Notes: a model not told the origin generated them from the sequence alone. A DNA stretch of 64,000 nt from Burkholderiales bacterium (GCA_046313915.1 JBKBXX010000002.1:14449-78448); one strand, 5' to 3'. Shown: positions 43,303 through 52,965, counted from the first letter of the stretch. Numbers and translations are program-made.

Positions 43303-44244
43303 ATGAGATTTTTCGGTTCCCCCAAGCGCAAACCGGGTTGGTTGTGCATCAACCTGTTGCCGGATCGGGTGGACGTATCGCACGTCGTGGTTCAAGGCAA
43401 GGCACGGCCGGAAGTCCTGCTGTGCGATTCCTATCGCAAGGAAGGGGATGATCTCGCGACGCTCAGGCGTCTGCGCCGCGAGCTCGATTTGCCCGCGCAT
43501 CGCATCACGACCCTGCTCAAGGCCGGCGACTACCAAGTGGTGCAGGTCGAGGCGCCCCCCAATGTGCCCGCCGCCGAACTGAAGCACGCGCTGCGCTGGC
43601 GCCTGAAAGACCTGATCGATTTCCCGGTCGAGGCGGCGGTCGTCGATGCCGTCACCATTCCGCCGGGGGCGGGCGCGGCCGCGCGCACTCCCCAGGCGCT
43701 CGCCGTCGTGGCGCGCAACGACATCATCAGGGCGACGGTCCAGCCTTTCAGCGATGCCGACATTCCGCTCGCAGCCATAGACATTCCCGAAATGGCACAG
43801 CGCAATGTCGCGCACCGTCTCGAGGAAGCGGGGCGCGGCATGGCGCTGCTCTCGTTCGACGGTAGCGGCGGTCTTCTGACGTTCACCTGCGACGGCGAGC
43901 TCTATCAGTATCGCAACATCGAGCAGACGCTGGACAGTTTCGTCAACATCGACGCGGAACAGCGGCAGCAGCTCTACGAACGCATCGTGCTCGAATTGCA
44001 GCGCTCGCTCGACGGCTTCGACCGGCGGTTCCATCACGTCGCGGTTTCCAAGGTGGTGATGACGCCGGTGCCCGGCGCCGAAGACCTGCAGGAATATCTT
44101 GCGGCCAACCTCGGCGTGCCGCTCACGCTGCTCGATCTTGCGCAGATCATGGATTTTCCCTTGGTGCCGGAGTTGCGCCAGCCGCTGCGCCAGGCGCAAT
44201 GCCTGAAACTGATAGGCGGTGCGATGCGCGGGGAGACCGCATGA
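43303..44244 (+). CDS. mshI: MSHA biogenesis protein MshI (PilM-like)
   Basis: 313-aa ORF. First gene after the AT-rich promoter region, followed by PilN/PilO-like genes and the secretin. The N-terminus (GWLCINLLPDRVDV...) fits my recollection of MshI. Confidence 0.75.
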   Translation: MRFFGSPKRKPGWLCINLLPDRVDVSHVVVQGKARPEVLLCDSYRKEGDDLATLRRLRRELDLPAHRITTLLKAGDYQVVQVEAPPNVPAAELKHALRWRLKDLIDFPVEAAVVDAVTIPPGAGAAARTPQALAVVARNDIIRATVQPFSDADIPLAAIDIPEMAQRNVAHRLEEAGRGMALLSFDGSGGLLTFTCDGELYQYRNIEQTLDSFVNIDAEQRQQLYERIVLELQRSLDGFDRRFHHVAVSKVVMTPVPGAEDLQEYLAANLGVPLTLLDLAQIMDFPLVPELRQPLRQAQCLKLIGGAMRGETA

Positions 44245-44888
44245 GCCAGCAGATCAATCTGCTGGATCCGGCTTTCGTCAAGCGGCGCTCGCCGCTTTCG
44301 GCTGCGACCGCCGTGGCGTGCACGGCGGCGGTGCTCGCCGCGCTCGTCGCATTCCAGTTTTATGCGCTGCTGCAGGTTGGGCGGCTCGAGGCGGAACTGC
44401 AGTCGGCACAGACGGAACTGAAGGCGAAACAGTCTCGCGTGCAAAAACTCGTCGAGGCGAGTGTCGCGCCGCGCAGGGACGCCGCGCTCGATGCGGAAAT
44501 AGCCCGCCTGGAAGCCGAGCTGAGGAGGGGGCGCGAGAACATGGAAGCGCTGAAAAGCGGCGCGCTCGGCGACCAGCAGGGTTTTTCCGAGTACATGCGC
44601 GCGTTTTCGCGCCAGGCCCTCAGTGGCCTGTGGCTGACCGGTTTCACGATCGCCGGCGGCAACATTTCGATCCAGGGGCGGGTCACGCACGCCGATCTGG
44701 TGGCGAGCTATATCCAGCGCCTGAACCAGGAAAAGGTTTTCCAGGGCCGTACCTTTGCCGCGCTGGAAATGCATACGCCCAAAGGCGAGGACAAGGATGA
44801 CAAGAAAAAAACACCGCGCTTTCTCGAGTTCACCCTGACCACGGCCGAACCGGCCGCTTCGGCCGCCGGCGGGGGGGGAGCGCGATGA
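44241..44888 (+). CDS. PilN-like fimbrial assembly protein (second MshI-type component)
   Basis: MSQQINLLDPAFVKRR, then a TM segment, a coiled coil and a C-terminal domain. ATGA overlap with mshI. Confidence 0.72.
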   Translation: MSQQINLLDPAFVKRRSPLSAATAVACTAAVLAALVAFQFYALLQVGRLEAELQSAQTELKAKQSRVQKLVEASVAPRRDAALDAEIARLEAELRRGRENMEALKSGALGDQQGFSEYMRAFSRQALSGLWLTGFTIAGGNISIQGRVTHADLVASYIQRLNQEKVFQGRTFAALEMHTPKGEDKDDKKKTPRFLEFTLTTAEPAASAAGGGGAR

Positions 44889-45541
44889 AAGAGCGCTGGC
44901 AGCAGCTCGCGGCGAAATACGAGGCCCTGGCGCTGCGGGAGCGGATCGTCGTGCTGGTCGCCGCGCTGGCCGCGGTTGCGGCGTTTTTCCATCTGCTGGC
45001 GATCGACCCGCTGCTGGCGAAGCAGCGCCGCCTCGCCCGCGAGATCGCCGAAGCGCGCGCCGCCATCGCGAAAGCCGACGAGGTGCTCAGGTTGCAGACG
45101 GGCCAGGCCGATCCCGATGCCGCCCGGCGCGCGCAGCGCGATGCGCTGCGCGCCGAGCTTGCGGAACTCGCCAGGAACATGCAGGGGATGCAGAAAGAGC
45201 TGGTGCCGCCGGAGCAGATGGCGAAGCTGCTCGAAGGCATGTTCGCGCGCGATCGCGGCCTGCAGCTCGTTTCCCTGCGCAAGCTGCCGGTGCAGCGCTT
45301 CGAAAGACCGGGGGCCGCGCAGCAGGCTGCCGCGGCCGGCGACGGCCTCTATCAGCACAGTTTCGAGCTGGTCCTCCAGGGTTCGTACGCCGATCTGCAC
45401 GATTATCTGGCGCGGCTCGAGAAGCTGCCATGGCGCATGTTTTGGGGCAAAATTGTCATGGATGCCGAAAATTACCCTAAACTCAGGGTCACGCTCACGG
45501 TGCATACCCTGAGCGTGACCAAAGCGTGGTTGACCGTATGA
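44885..45541 (+). CDS. mshJ: MSHA biogenesis protein MshJ (PilO-like)
   Basis: N-terminal TM (IVVLVAALAAVAAFFHLLAI), a coiled coil and a PilO-like C-terminus. ATGA overlap with the upstream gene. Confidence 0.72.
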   Translation: MKERWQQLAAKYEALALRERIVVLVAALAAVAAFFHLLAIDPLLAKQRRLAREIAEARAAIAKADEVLRLQTGQADPDAARRAQRDALRAELAELARNMQGMQKELVPPEQMAKLLEGMFARDRGLQLVSLRKLPVQRFERPGAAQQAAAAGDGLYQHSFELVLQGSYADLHDYLARLEKLPWRMFWGKIVMDAENYPKLRVTLTVHTLSVTKAWLTV

Positions 45542-45969
45542 AACGCGCCGCCCTGCCGGAACTCGCCGCGCTGACGGCAGCCTCCTTTGCGCTGTGGTTT
45601 TGCTGGGGCGCGGCGCAGGCGCAGCCGCTGGTCGACCCGATGCGCCCGCCGCTGGAACACGTCGAGACCGCCAGCAGTGCGCCGGCGCCGGACGAGCCGG
45701 TATTGCAATCGGTGATGATCACGCCGACACTCAGGGCCGCGATCATCAACGGCGAGACGGTGCAGCTCGGCGGCAGGTTCCGCGAGGCGCAGGTGATCAA
45801 AATCTCGGAAAACGAGGTGGTGCTGAAAAGCGGCACGGAAACCCAGATATTGAAAATGTATCCCGGCGTCGAAAAGCGCGAGCACGTGCCGCAGACGCCG
45901 AAAGCCACGCCGGGAGGGGCTGCGACGCGGAAAAAAGCCGCCGCTGCCGGCAAGGAGGATGCAAAATGA
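45538..45969 (+). CDS. mshK: MSHA biogenesis protein MshK-like
   Basis: Signal peptide, then LQSVMITPTLRAAIINGETVQLGGRFREAQVIKISENEVVLKSG. It sits just before the secretin. Confidence 0.68.
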   Translation: MKRAALPELAALTAASFALWFCWGAAQAQPLVDPMRPPLEHVETASSAPAPDEPVLQSVMITPTLRAAIINGETVQLGGRFREAQVIKISENEVVLKSGTETQILKMYPGVEKREHVPQTPKATPGGAATRKKAAAAGKEDAK

Positions 45970-47678
45970 AGGAACGAACCATGCGCGGGATGAGACACGT
46001 GATGGCAGCGGTCGTGGTGCTCGTCATCGGCGGTTGCGCGAGTCCCGACAGGGCCCGCGACGTGACCTATGACAGCATCACCCGGGAGCTCGACAAGGCG
46101 GTGAAGAACCGCGTCAAGCCGGCGACGCCCGATGTCGTGACCGAGGCGCTGCTGCCGCCACTGGTGATCGAGATGCCCAAGGCCGAGGGCCGCTCGGCCG
46201 ATACCCGTTTCGACCTCAACGTCAACAATGCGCCGGCCAACCAGGTGTTCATGGCAGTGGTTTCGGGCACGCGCTACAGCATGATCGTGCATCCCGACGT
46301 CAAGGAGCCGATTTCGGTCAATCTCAAGGACGTGACCGTGTTCGAGGCGCTCGACACCATACGCGATCTTTACGGTTACGAGTACCGCGTGCAGGGCACG
46401 CGCATCACGGTGCAGCCCGTGAAACTGCAAACGCGCGTCTTCCAGGTCAACTATCTGCAGGCCACGCGGCGTGGCAGCACCGACGTGCGAGTCACTTCGG
46501 GCTCGATCACGGCGGCAGCTCCCGGCGTCTCCGGCATTCCCGGAACCACCGCCACCGCGGCGGCGCCCGGTGCGCCAACGGGCGGCACGGTTTCGCGCAC
46601 CAGCGAGAGCTCGCGCGTGACCACCGCTTCCGACAGCGACTTCTGGGGCGATGTCACCAAGTCGCTCAATGCCATCGTCGGCAGCAGCGACGGCCGCAGC
46701 GTGATCGTCAATCCGCAATCGGGCGTGATCGTGGTGCGCGCCATGCCCACCGAGCTGCGCAACGTCGAGTCTTTTCTCAAGGCGATGCAGCTCGTGGTCG
46801 AACGCCAGGTGGTGCTGGAAGCCAAGCTGATCCAGGTCACGTTGAGCGACAGCTCGCAGACTGGCATCAACTGGGCCGCGTTTCCCGACGGTGGCAGACG
46901 CGGCGCGCTGGGCGTGGTCACGAAAGAAGCGCAGATCGGCACCGGCGGGGAACTCGCGTCATCGGCGCTCGCGGCGACGCTCGGCGCCGGCGGCGCGCTG
47001 GCAGGCAAGGCGGCGGGCGGAGTTTTCGGACTGGCGCTGCAAACCGGCAATTTCGCCGCGCTGATGTCCTTCCTCGAAACCCAGGGCACGATCAACGTGC
47101 TGTCGAGCCCGCGGATCGCGACCATCAACAACCAGAAGGCCGTGCTCAAGGTCGGCACCGACGAGTTTTTCGTGACCAACATCAGCACCACTGCGGTGAC
47201 CAGCGGTGCCGGCACCACGACCACGCCGTCCATCACCGTGCAGCCGTTTTTCTCGGGCATCGCGCTCGACGTGACGCCGCAGATCGACGACAGCGACAAC
47301 ATCATCCTGCATATTCACCCTTCGGTGAGCAGCGTGTCGGAAAAACAGAAGGTCGTCAATCTCGGTGCTGCCGGCAGCTTCACGCTGCCGCTCGCTTCGA
47401 GCGAGATCAACGAAACCGACACCATCGTGCGCGTGCAGGACGGCAACATCGTCGCGATCGGCGGGCTCATGAAACAGCAGACCAGCAGCGACCGCAGTCA
47501 GCCGCCGGGCATGGGCGATGCATCGGGGTGGGGCGGCCTGTTCCGCCAACGCGCCAACAGCTCGCTCAAAAGCGAACTCGTGATCCTGCTCAAACCCACC
47601 ATCATCCGCAGCGATCGCGATTGGGAGCAGGGCTTGGCCGAGGCCCGCGACCGTATTCGCACCATGGAGCGCCAATAA
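45966..47678 (+). CDS. mshL: MSHA-type pilus secretin MshL (lipoprotein)
   Basis: Lipobox VLVIGGC. Secretin N domains, then the C-domain (INVLSSPRIATINNQKAVLKVGTDEFFV...TIVRVQDGNIVAIGGL...ELVILLKPTII). Confidence 0.92.
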   Translation: MKERTMRGMRHVMAAVVVLVIGGCASPDRARDVTYDSITRELDKAVKNRVKPATPDVVTEALLPPLVIEMPKAEGRSADTRFDLNVNNAPANQVFMAVVSGTRYSMIVHPDVKEPISVNLKDVTVFEALDTIRDLYGYEYRVQGTRITVQPVKLQTRVFQVNYLQATRRGSTDVRVTSGSITAAAPGVSGIPGTTATAAAPGAPTGGTVSRTSESSRVTTASDSDFWGDVTKSLNAIVGSSDGRSVIVNPQSGVIVVRAMPTELRNVESFLKAMQLVVERQVVLEAKLIQVTLSDSSQTGINWAAFPDGGRRGALGVVTKEAQIGTGGELASSALAATLGAGGALAGKAAGGVFGLALQTGNFAALMSFLETQGTINVLSSPRIATINNQKAVLKVGTDEFFVTNISTTAVTSGAGTTTTPSITVQPFFSGIALDVTPQIDDSDNIILHIHPSVSSVSEKQKVVNLGAAGSFTLPLASSEINETDTIVRVQDGNIVAIGGLMKQQTSSDRSQPPGMGDASGWGGLFRQRANSSLKSELVILLKPTIIRSDRDWEQGLAEARDRIRTMERQ

Positions 47679-47712
47679 CGCCTGGAGATGACGGTTTTCT
47701 CCCTCCTCTGCC

Positions 47713-48603
47713 ATGTATAAAGCCCACTTTGGACTGCACGAGTCGCCGTTCGGCATCACGCCCGACACGAGCTTCGCCTACGCCTGCACTTCGCACCAGG
47801 AGGCGCTCAACACGCTGCTGGTGGCGGTGCGCAACGGCGAAGGTTTCATCAAGATCACGGGCGAAGTTGGCACCGGCAAAACGTTGCTGTGCCGCCGTTT
47901 CCTGGCGATGCTCGATTACAACCATGTTTCGGCCTACATTCCCAATCCCTGCATGGAATTGCGCACCCTGCTGTTTGCGCTGGGCGACGAACTCGGCGTG
48001 GATCTGCCCAAAGACGGTGACCAGCACCACCTGCTCAAGGGCTTTACCGCGGCACTGCTCGAATTCGCGAACCAGGGCAAGGCGGTCGTGCTGTGTCTCG
48101 ACGAGGCACAGGCGATGCCGATCCAGACGCTCGAGGCGTTGCGGCTGCTGACCAATCTCGAAACCGAGAAGCGCAAGCTGCTCCAGGTGGTGCTCTTCGG
48201 CCAGCCCGAGCTCGATCACGCGCTCGAGCACGAGTCGGTGCGCCAGCTGCGGCAGCGCATCACTTTCCAGTACCGACTGACGGCGCTGCGCGGCAACGAA
48301 GTCGATCATTACATCGCCCACCGCCTGCGTGTTGCCGGCTACCGCGGCAGCCGGCTGTTCACCAAAGCCGCGGTGCGGCTCGTGCATCGCTACAGCCGCG
48401 GCGTGCCGCGGCTGATCAACATCGTTTCGCACAAGGCCATGCTGCTCGCCTTCGGCGAAGGCCTGCAGCAGGTTTTGCCGCACCACGTGCGCGCTGCTGC
48501 GGCGGATACGCCCGCTGCGGCGCGGCTCAGGTCGTGGTGGTGGCTGGGTTTCGTCGTGCTGCTGCTTTCCATCGGCGGCATCGGCTGGATGCTGCTCGCA
48601 TGA
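47713..48603 (+). CDS. mshM: MshM / ExeA-like AAA ATPase
   Basis: HFGLHESPFGITPDTSFAY...ITGEVGTGKTLLCR...LCLDEAQAMP...VVLFGQPEL. Confidence 0.88.
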   Translation: MYKAHFGLHESPFGITPDTSFAYACTSHQEALNTLLVAVRNGEGFIKITGEVGTGKTLLCRRFLAMLDYNHVSAYIPNPCMELRTLLFALGDELGVDLPKDGDQHHLLKGFTAALLEFANQGKAVVLCLDEAQAMPIQTLEALRLLTNLETEKRKLLQVVLFGQPELDHALEHESVRQLRQRITFQYRLTALRGNEVDHYIAHRLRVAGYRGSRLFTKAAVRLVHRYSRGVPRLINIVSHKAMLLAFGEGLQQVLPHHVRAAAADTPAAARLRSWWWLGFVVLLLSIGGIGWMLLA

Positions 48604-49892
48604 GTCTCATCAACCAGGTACTGCTCGATCTCGAAAAACGCCGTGCTTCCGGAGTGGACCGCAGCGTGGTGCCCGATCATGTGCGCGCGCTGCCCGAAGC
48701 GCGCCGCGGTCCGCGGCCGTGGCTGTTTGCGGTGGTAGCAGGCATACTGGTGATCGCAGCGGTCGCGGGGTGGGCGCTGTGGTCGGGATTCCGGTTTCCC
48801 GCCATCAAGCAAACACCTCCCGCGGTCGTGCCCCAGGCGGCGCCGCAACACAAGCCGGTCGAAACGGCGAGCCCGCCGGTCGTGACGGCGGCGCCACCGC
48901 TTGCGGCGCCGCCGGATGACGTTTTGCGCGAGGAAGCGGCGGCCGCGGCCGGTGCACCTGCGCCCGATTTGCAGCGCTACGGTTTGAGCCTCGAACTGTC
49001 GAATCTGCCCGCCGCGCCGGCGGCGAAACTGCAGCGCGGCGCCGACAGGCCACCGCAGGCCAAAGCGCCTCTGGCGAGTGCCGAGGTGATCGCCAAGGCG
49101 CCGCCTCCCGCAACCAAGGCGAAGACGAAAGCCGCGGACGGCACTGCCTTGGCGCCCGAAACTGCCGCGGTGTTGCCGAAACCCGCCGACACCCAAGCGC
49201 CGGCTGCGCCATCCGGCGTGGCCGAGCCGGCTCCCAAAAAAGCGGTGGCGGTTGCGAGGCCGGCAGCGCCGGCGCGTCCGGCCCCGCCGCCGGAAATCGA
49301 CAAGCAGGTGCGCCAGCCGACGCCGCAGCAGCTGGCGGAAAGCCTCTACGGCAAAGCAGCGGCGCTGCTGAACCAGGGCCGGCCGGGCGAAGCGCGCGAA
49401 GCTTTCGAAGCCGCGCTGCGTTACTCGCCCGAGCATACCGGCGCGCGCCAGGCCCTGTTCGGTTTGCTGATCGAGGCCAGAAACTACGCCGAGGCCGAGC
49501 GCGTGCTGCAGGAAGGCTTGCAGTTGAACCCCGGCCACAGCGCTTTCACGATAGCGCTGGCGCGCCTGCAGGTCGACCGCGGCCAGGCCCAGGCGGCGAT
49601 CGATACCTTGCGCAAAGGCATGGCTTATGCCCAGAACAATGCCGATTATCACGCTTTCATGGCGGCGCTGCTGCAACGCCAACAGCGGCACGAGGAAGCA
49701 GTCGAGCAGTTTCAGGTTGCGATCAGCCTGAAACCCCGTTCGGGAGTGTGGCTGATGGGGCTCGGCATCTCGCTGCAGGCGCTAAACCGCAATGCCGAAG
49801 CGCTCGAGGCGTTCCGGCGCGCCAAGAGCAGCGGCAATCTCAATGCCGATCTGCAGGCGTTCGTCGACCAGCGCCTGAGACAATTGCAATGA
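48600..49892 (+). CDS. mshN: MshN-like protein (TM anchor, Ala/Pro-rich linker, C-terminal TPRs)
   Basis: MSLINQVLLDLEKRR, a TM segment, a proline-rich region, then TPRs. ATGA overlap with mshM. The 48093 track ORF is an upstream extension overlapping mshM. Confidence 0.72.
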   Translation: MSLINQVLLDLEKRRASGVDRSVVPDHVRALPEARRGPRPWLFAVVAGILVIAAVAGWALWSGFRFPAIKQTPPAVVPQAAPQHKPVETASPPVVTAAPPLAAPPDDVLREEAAAAAGAPAPDLQRYGLSLELSNLPAAPAAKLQRGADRPPQAKAPLASAEVIAKAPPPATKAKTKAADGTALAPETAAVLPKPADTQAPAAPSGVAEPAPKKAVAVARPAAPARPAPPPEIDKQVRQPTPQQLAESLYGKAAALLNQGRPGEAREAFEAALRYSPEHTGARQALFGLLIEARNYAEAERVLQEGLQLNPGHSAFTIALARLQVDRGQAQAAIDTLRKGMAYAQNNADYHAFMAALLQRQQRHEEAVEQFQVAISLKPRSGVWLMGLGISLQALNRNAEALEAFRRAKSSGNLNADLQAFVDQRLRQLQ

Positions 49893-49963
49893 CAGCCGCA
49901 AACGGTGAGCGCTGAGTGGCGGGTTTGAAGCCGCGGGGATCACGGCTCAAAATGGATTTTCGC

Positions 49964-50671
49964 TTACCGCGGCAGCGTACGCGCCACGATCCAGCCGCTG
50001 ATGCGCGCCGCTCCCGCCAGACGCAGATTTTTCGCGAGCTCGTCGAGCGTGGCGCCGGTAGTCATCACGTCGTCTATCACCGCCACTTTCTTGCCGTCGA
50101 GATCGGCATCGCACACGAAAGCGCCACGCACGTTTTTCGCCCGTTCTTTCCACGGCAGCTCGGCCTGCGGCCGGGTTTCCACCACTTTGCGACAAGCAGC
50201 CGCGAGCAGCGGGATGCCGGTGAGCCGGCTCGTGTGGCGGGCGATTTCGAGCGACTGGTTGAAACCGCGCTCGCGTACCCGTTGCGGCGCAAGTGGCATG
50301 GGAACGATGCAGTCGGCGTGCTCCGTCAATGCATGCGCCAGCGCTTCGCCGAAGAAAGCGCCGAGGGCGAGATTGCCGTCGTACTTGAAAGCCTGAACCA
50401 GGGCGTCAACCGGAAAGGCGTAGGCAAACACTGCACTCACGCTGTCGTAGCGCGGCGGGTGCTTGAGACAGGCGCCGCACACGGCGCCGTGCGGGATCGG
50501 CAGCGCGCAACTCGCGCAGCGGCTGGCGGGAAGCCGCGGCAAATCGCCGGCGCACGCTGCGCACAGCAGCGCGCCGCCGCTCGCGCTGCTACACAGCATG
50601 CACGTTTGCGGCAGCAGTCGCCGCCCAATATGTAGGCAGCCGTTTAAAAAGGAGCGTGCCAAATTTGACAA
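49964..50671 (-). CDS. comF: ComF family protein (phosphoribosyltransferase domain, competence-associated)
   Basis: N-terminal Cys pairs (CMLC...CAAC...CASC...CGAC) and the PRT motif VAVIDDVMTTGATL. The start codon is uncertain (TTG 50671 or downstream). Confidence 0.85.
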   Translation of the reverse strand: MSNLARSFLNGCLHIGRRLLPQTCMLCSSASGGALLCAACAGDLPRLPASRCASCALPIPHGAVCGACLKHPPRYDSVSAVFAYAFPVDALVQAFKYDGNLALGAFFGEALAHALTEHADCIVPMPLAPQRVRERGFNQSLEIARHTSRLTGIPLLAAACRKVVETRPQAELPWKERAKNVRGAFVCDADLDGKKVAVIDDVMTTGATLDELAKNLRLAGAARISGWIVARTLPR

Positions 50672-50693
50672 GGAACAGGCTTTTCGTGATGAT
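50665..50693 (+). promoter_or_regulatory. Sigma-70-like promoter candidate for the bio operon
   Basis: TTGACA (50665-50670), N17, GATGAT (50688-50693). It is flanked by the direct repeat AGCCGTT(T)AAAAA at 50638 and 50697. Confidence 0.3.
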
Positions 50694-50710
50694 ACAAGCC
50701 GTTAAAAAAC

Positions 50711-51742
50711 ATGATTTTCTCCGAAAAAACCGCGATGGATGGCATGACCGTTAACGAATGTCTTTCCGTTTCCGCTGACGACCCCGCTGCGTGCGCGCGC
50801 TGGACGGTGGAGCAGGTCGAGGCGCTGTTCGATTGGCCGTTCAACGATCTCGTCTACCGCGCGCAGTCGGTGCACCGCCAGCATTTCGACCCCAACGCGG
50901 TGCAGCTGTCCACGCTGCTGTCGGTCAAAACCGGAGGCTGCCCCGAGGACTGCGGCTATTGTCCGCAGGCCGCGCGCCATCACACCGGCGTCGAAAACCA
51001 GGACATGCTCGCGCTCGATGCCGTGATCGAGGCGGCACGCAAAGCGAAACAAAGCGGCGCGACCCGTTTCTGCATGGGCGCGGCGTGGCGCGGACCCCGG
51101 CAGCGCGATCTGGAGCGGGTGCTCGAGATGATCCGCGCGGTGCGCGCGCTCGGCATGGAAACCTGCGCCACGCTGGGCATGCTGAAGGACGGTCAGGCCG
51201 AACAGCTCAGGGCCGCCGGACTCGACTATTACAACCACAACATCGACACCGCGCCCGAATTCTATGGCGAAATCGTTTCTACCCGCAGCCAGAGCGACCG
51301 CCTCGCCACGCTGGGGCGCGTGCGCGCCGCCGGCCTGCGGGTGTGTTGCGGCGGCATCGTCGGCATGGGCGAACCGCGCCGCAGCCGTGCCGCGCTGATC
51401 GCGCAGCTCGCCAACATGGAGCCGTATCCGGAATCGGTGCCGATCAACAACCTGATGCAGGTCGCGGGCACGCCGCTCTACGGCACCGCGCGGCTCGATC
51501 CGCTGGAATTCGTGCGCACCATCGCCTGCGCGCGCATCACCATGCCGAAAGCGATGGTGCGCCTGTCGGCGGGCCGCGAGGAAATGTCCGATGGCATACA
51601 GGCGCTGTGCTTTCTGGCCGGCGCCAACTCGATTTTCTATGGCGAGAAACTGCTTACCACCGGTAATCCCGAGGTCGAAAAAGACCGGGCGCTGTTCGCG
51701 AGACTCGGCATGTATCCGATGGAGACGGGGAATGAGGCGTAA
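50711..51742 (+). CDS. bioB: Biotin synthase
   Basis: [16 protein letters not shown] radical-SAM motif, [15 protein letters not shown]. The start may be a downstream ATG (50735 or 50744). Confidence 0.96.
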   Translation: MIFSEKTAMDGMTVNECLSVSADDPAACARWTVEQVEALFDWPFNDLVYRAQSVHRQHFDPNAVQLSTLLSVKTGGCPEDCGYCPQAARHHTGVENQDMLALDAVIEAARKAKQSGATRFCMGAAWRGPRQRDLERVLEMIRAVRALGMETCATLGMLKDGQAEQLRAAGLDYYNHNIDTAPEFYGEIVSTRSQSDRLATLGRVRAAGLRVCCGGIVGMGEPRRSRAALIAQLANMEPYPESVPINNLMQVAGTPLYGTARLDPLEFVRTIACARITMPKAMVRLSAGREEMSDGIQALCFLAGANSIFYGEKLLTTGNPEVEKDRALFARLGMYPMETGNEA

Positions 51743-51810
51743 GGCGGCAGCCTCGGTGTGCCGCGCGCTCGCGGTGCCTGGTTTTCCGCCCCGCGCGTGA
51801 CGCTGCCCGG

Positions 51811-52965
51811 ATGTCCTTTTCCGCCCTCGTGGCAGAACTCGCCGAACTCGAAGCACGCGGCCTCGGGCGCCGCCGGCGCGTGCTGCAAGGTCCGCAGACG
51901 GCGCAGGTGACGGTCGACGGCCGGCGATATCTCGCATTCTGCAGCAATGACTATCTGGGACTCGCGGCGCATCCGCGGCTGGTGCGCGCCGCCCAGGAAG
52001 GCGCTGCGCGCTACGGTATCGGCGCCGGCGCTTCGCACCTGATTCTCGGCCACGGCGCAGCGCATCACGCGCTCGAGGCAGCGCTCGCCGCCTTCGTCGG
52101 TCTGCCGCGTGCGCTGCTGTTTTCCACCGGCTATATGGCCAATCTCGGCATCGTGACCGCACTCACCGGGCGCGGTGACGCCGTGTTCGCCGACAAGCTC
52201 AATCACGCTTCGCTCAACGACGCGGCGCTGCTGTCGCGTGCCCACTTCAAGCGTTATCCGCATCTCGATCTGGATGCGCTGGGAAAACTGCTCTCGACCA
52301 CGCGCGCGCGGCGCAAGCTGGTGGTGACCGACGCCGTATTCAGCATGGACGGCGATATCGCCCCGTTGCCCGAACTGCTGGCGCTGTGCGAGCGCCACGA
52401 TGCCTGGCTCGTGCTCGATGATGCGCACGGTTTCGGCGTACTGGGCACGGGCGGGCGCGGCGTCCTGTCGCATTTCGACATCACCGCGCCGCCGCGCGTG
52501 ATCTATATGGCGACGCTCGGCAAGGCGGCTGGCGTATCCGGCGCTTTCGTCGCGGGCGGCGAGGCCGTGACGGAAATGCTGATCCAGCGCGCCCGCAGCT
52601 ATGTCTATACCACGGCCATGCCGCCGCTGCTCGCGCATACGTTGCTCGAAAGTCTCGCCCTGATCGAGCACGAACAGTGGCGACGCGACCGTCTGCACAA
52701 TTTAATTATTCAATTAAAACAATCAGTTACTGGTGTGCGCTGGAAATTGCTGCCTTCGGAGACCGCGATCCAGCCGCTTGTCGTCGGCGGCAACGCCGAA
52801 GCCGTGGCGGTGGCGGAGCGGCTGGCACAGCGCGGGCTGCTGGTGCCGGCGATCCGGCCGCCGACGGTGCCGCAAGGCAGCGCACGCTTGCGCATTTCGC
52901 TGTCGGCCGCGCACAGCGCAGACGATGTCGCGCGGCTGGCTGCGGCGCTGCGTGAATCGCAATGA
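51811..52965 (+). CDS. bioF: 8-amino-7-oxononanoate synthase
   Basis: [10 protein letters not shown]...DKLNHASL...[12 protein letters not shown]...[13 protein letters not shown]...[12 protein letters not shown]. Confidence 0.95.
   Translation: MSFSALVAELAELEARGLGRRRRVLQGPQTAQVTVDGRRYLAFCSNDYLGLAAHPRLVRAAQEGAARYGIGAGASHLILGHGAAHHALEAALAAFVGLPRALLFSTGYMANLGIVTALTGRGDAVFADKLNHASLNDAALLSRAHFKRYPHLDLDALGKLLSTTRARRKLVVTDAVFSMDGDIAPLPELLALCERHDAWLVLDDAHGFGVLGTGGRGVLSHFDITAPPRVIYMATLGKAAGVSGAFVAGGEAVTEMLIQRARSYVYTTAMPPLLAHTLLESLALIEHEQWRRDRLHNLIIQLKQSVTGVRWKLLPSETAIQPLVVGGNAEAVAVAERLAQRGLLVPAIRPPTVPQGSARLRISLSAAHSADDVARLAAALRESQ
52699..52734 (+). other. AT-rich synonymous codon island inside bioF carrying CAAT-N5-CAAT (52711-52723)
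   Basis: aat tta att att caa tta aaa caa tca gtt act ggt gives 12 consecutive A/T-ending codons. Confidence 0.7.

Noticed and set aside
48093-48599. Long N-terminal extensions of mshN (from 48093), mshL (from 45594), bioD (from 53817) and the ctaD-overlapping 56988 ORF
   Set aside because: The extensions overlap the preceding well-supported genes in other frames and are Arg/Ala-rich. The real starts sit at ATGA/TTGA overlaps with the upstream stops.
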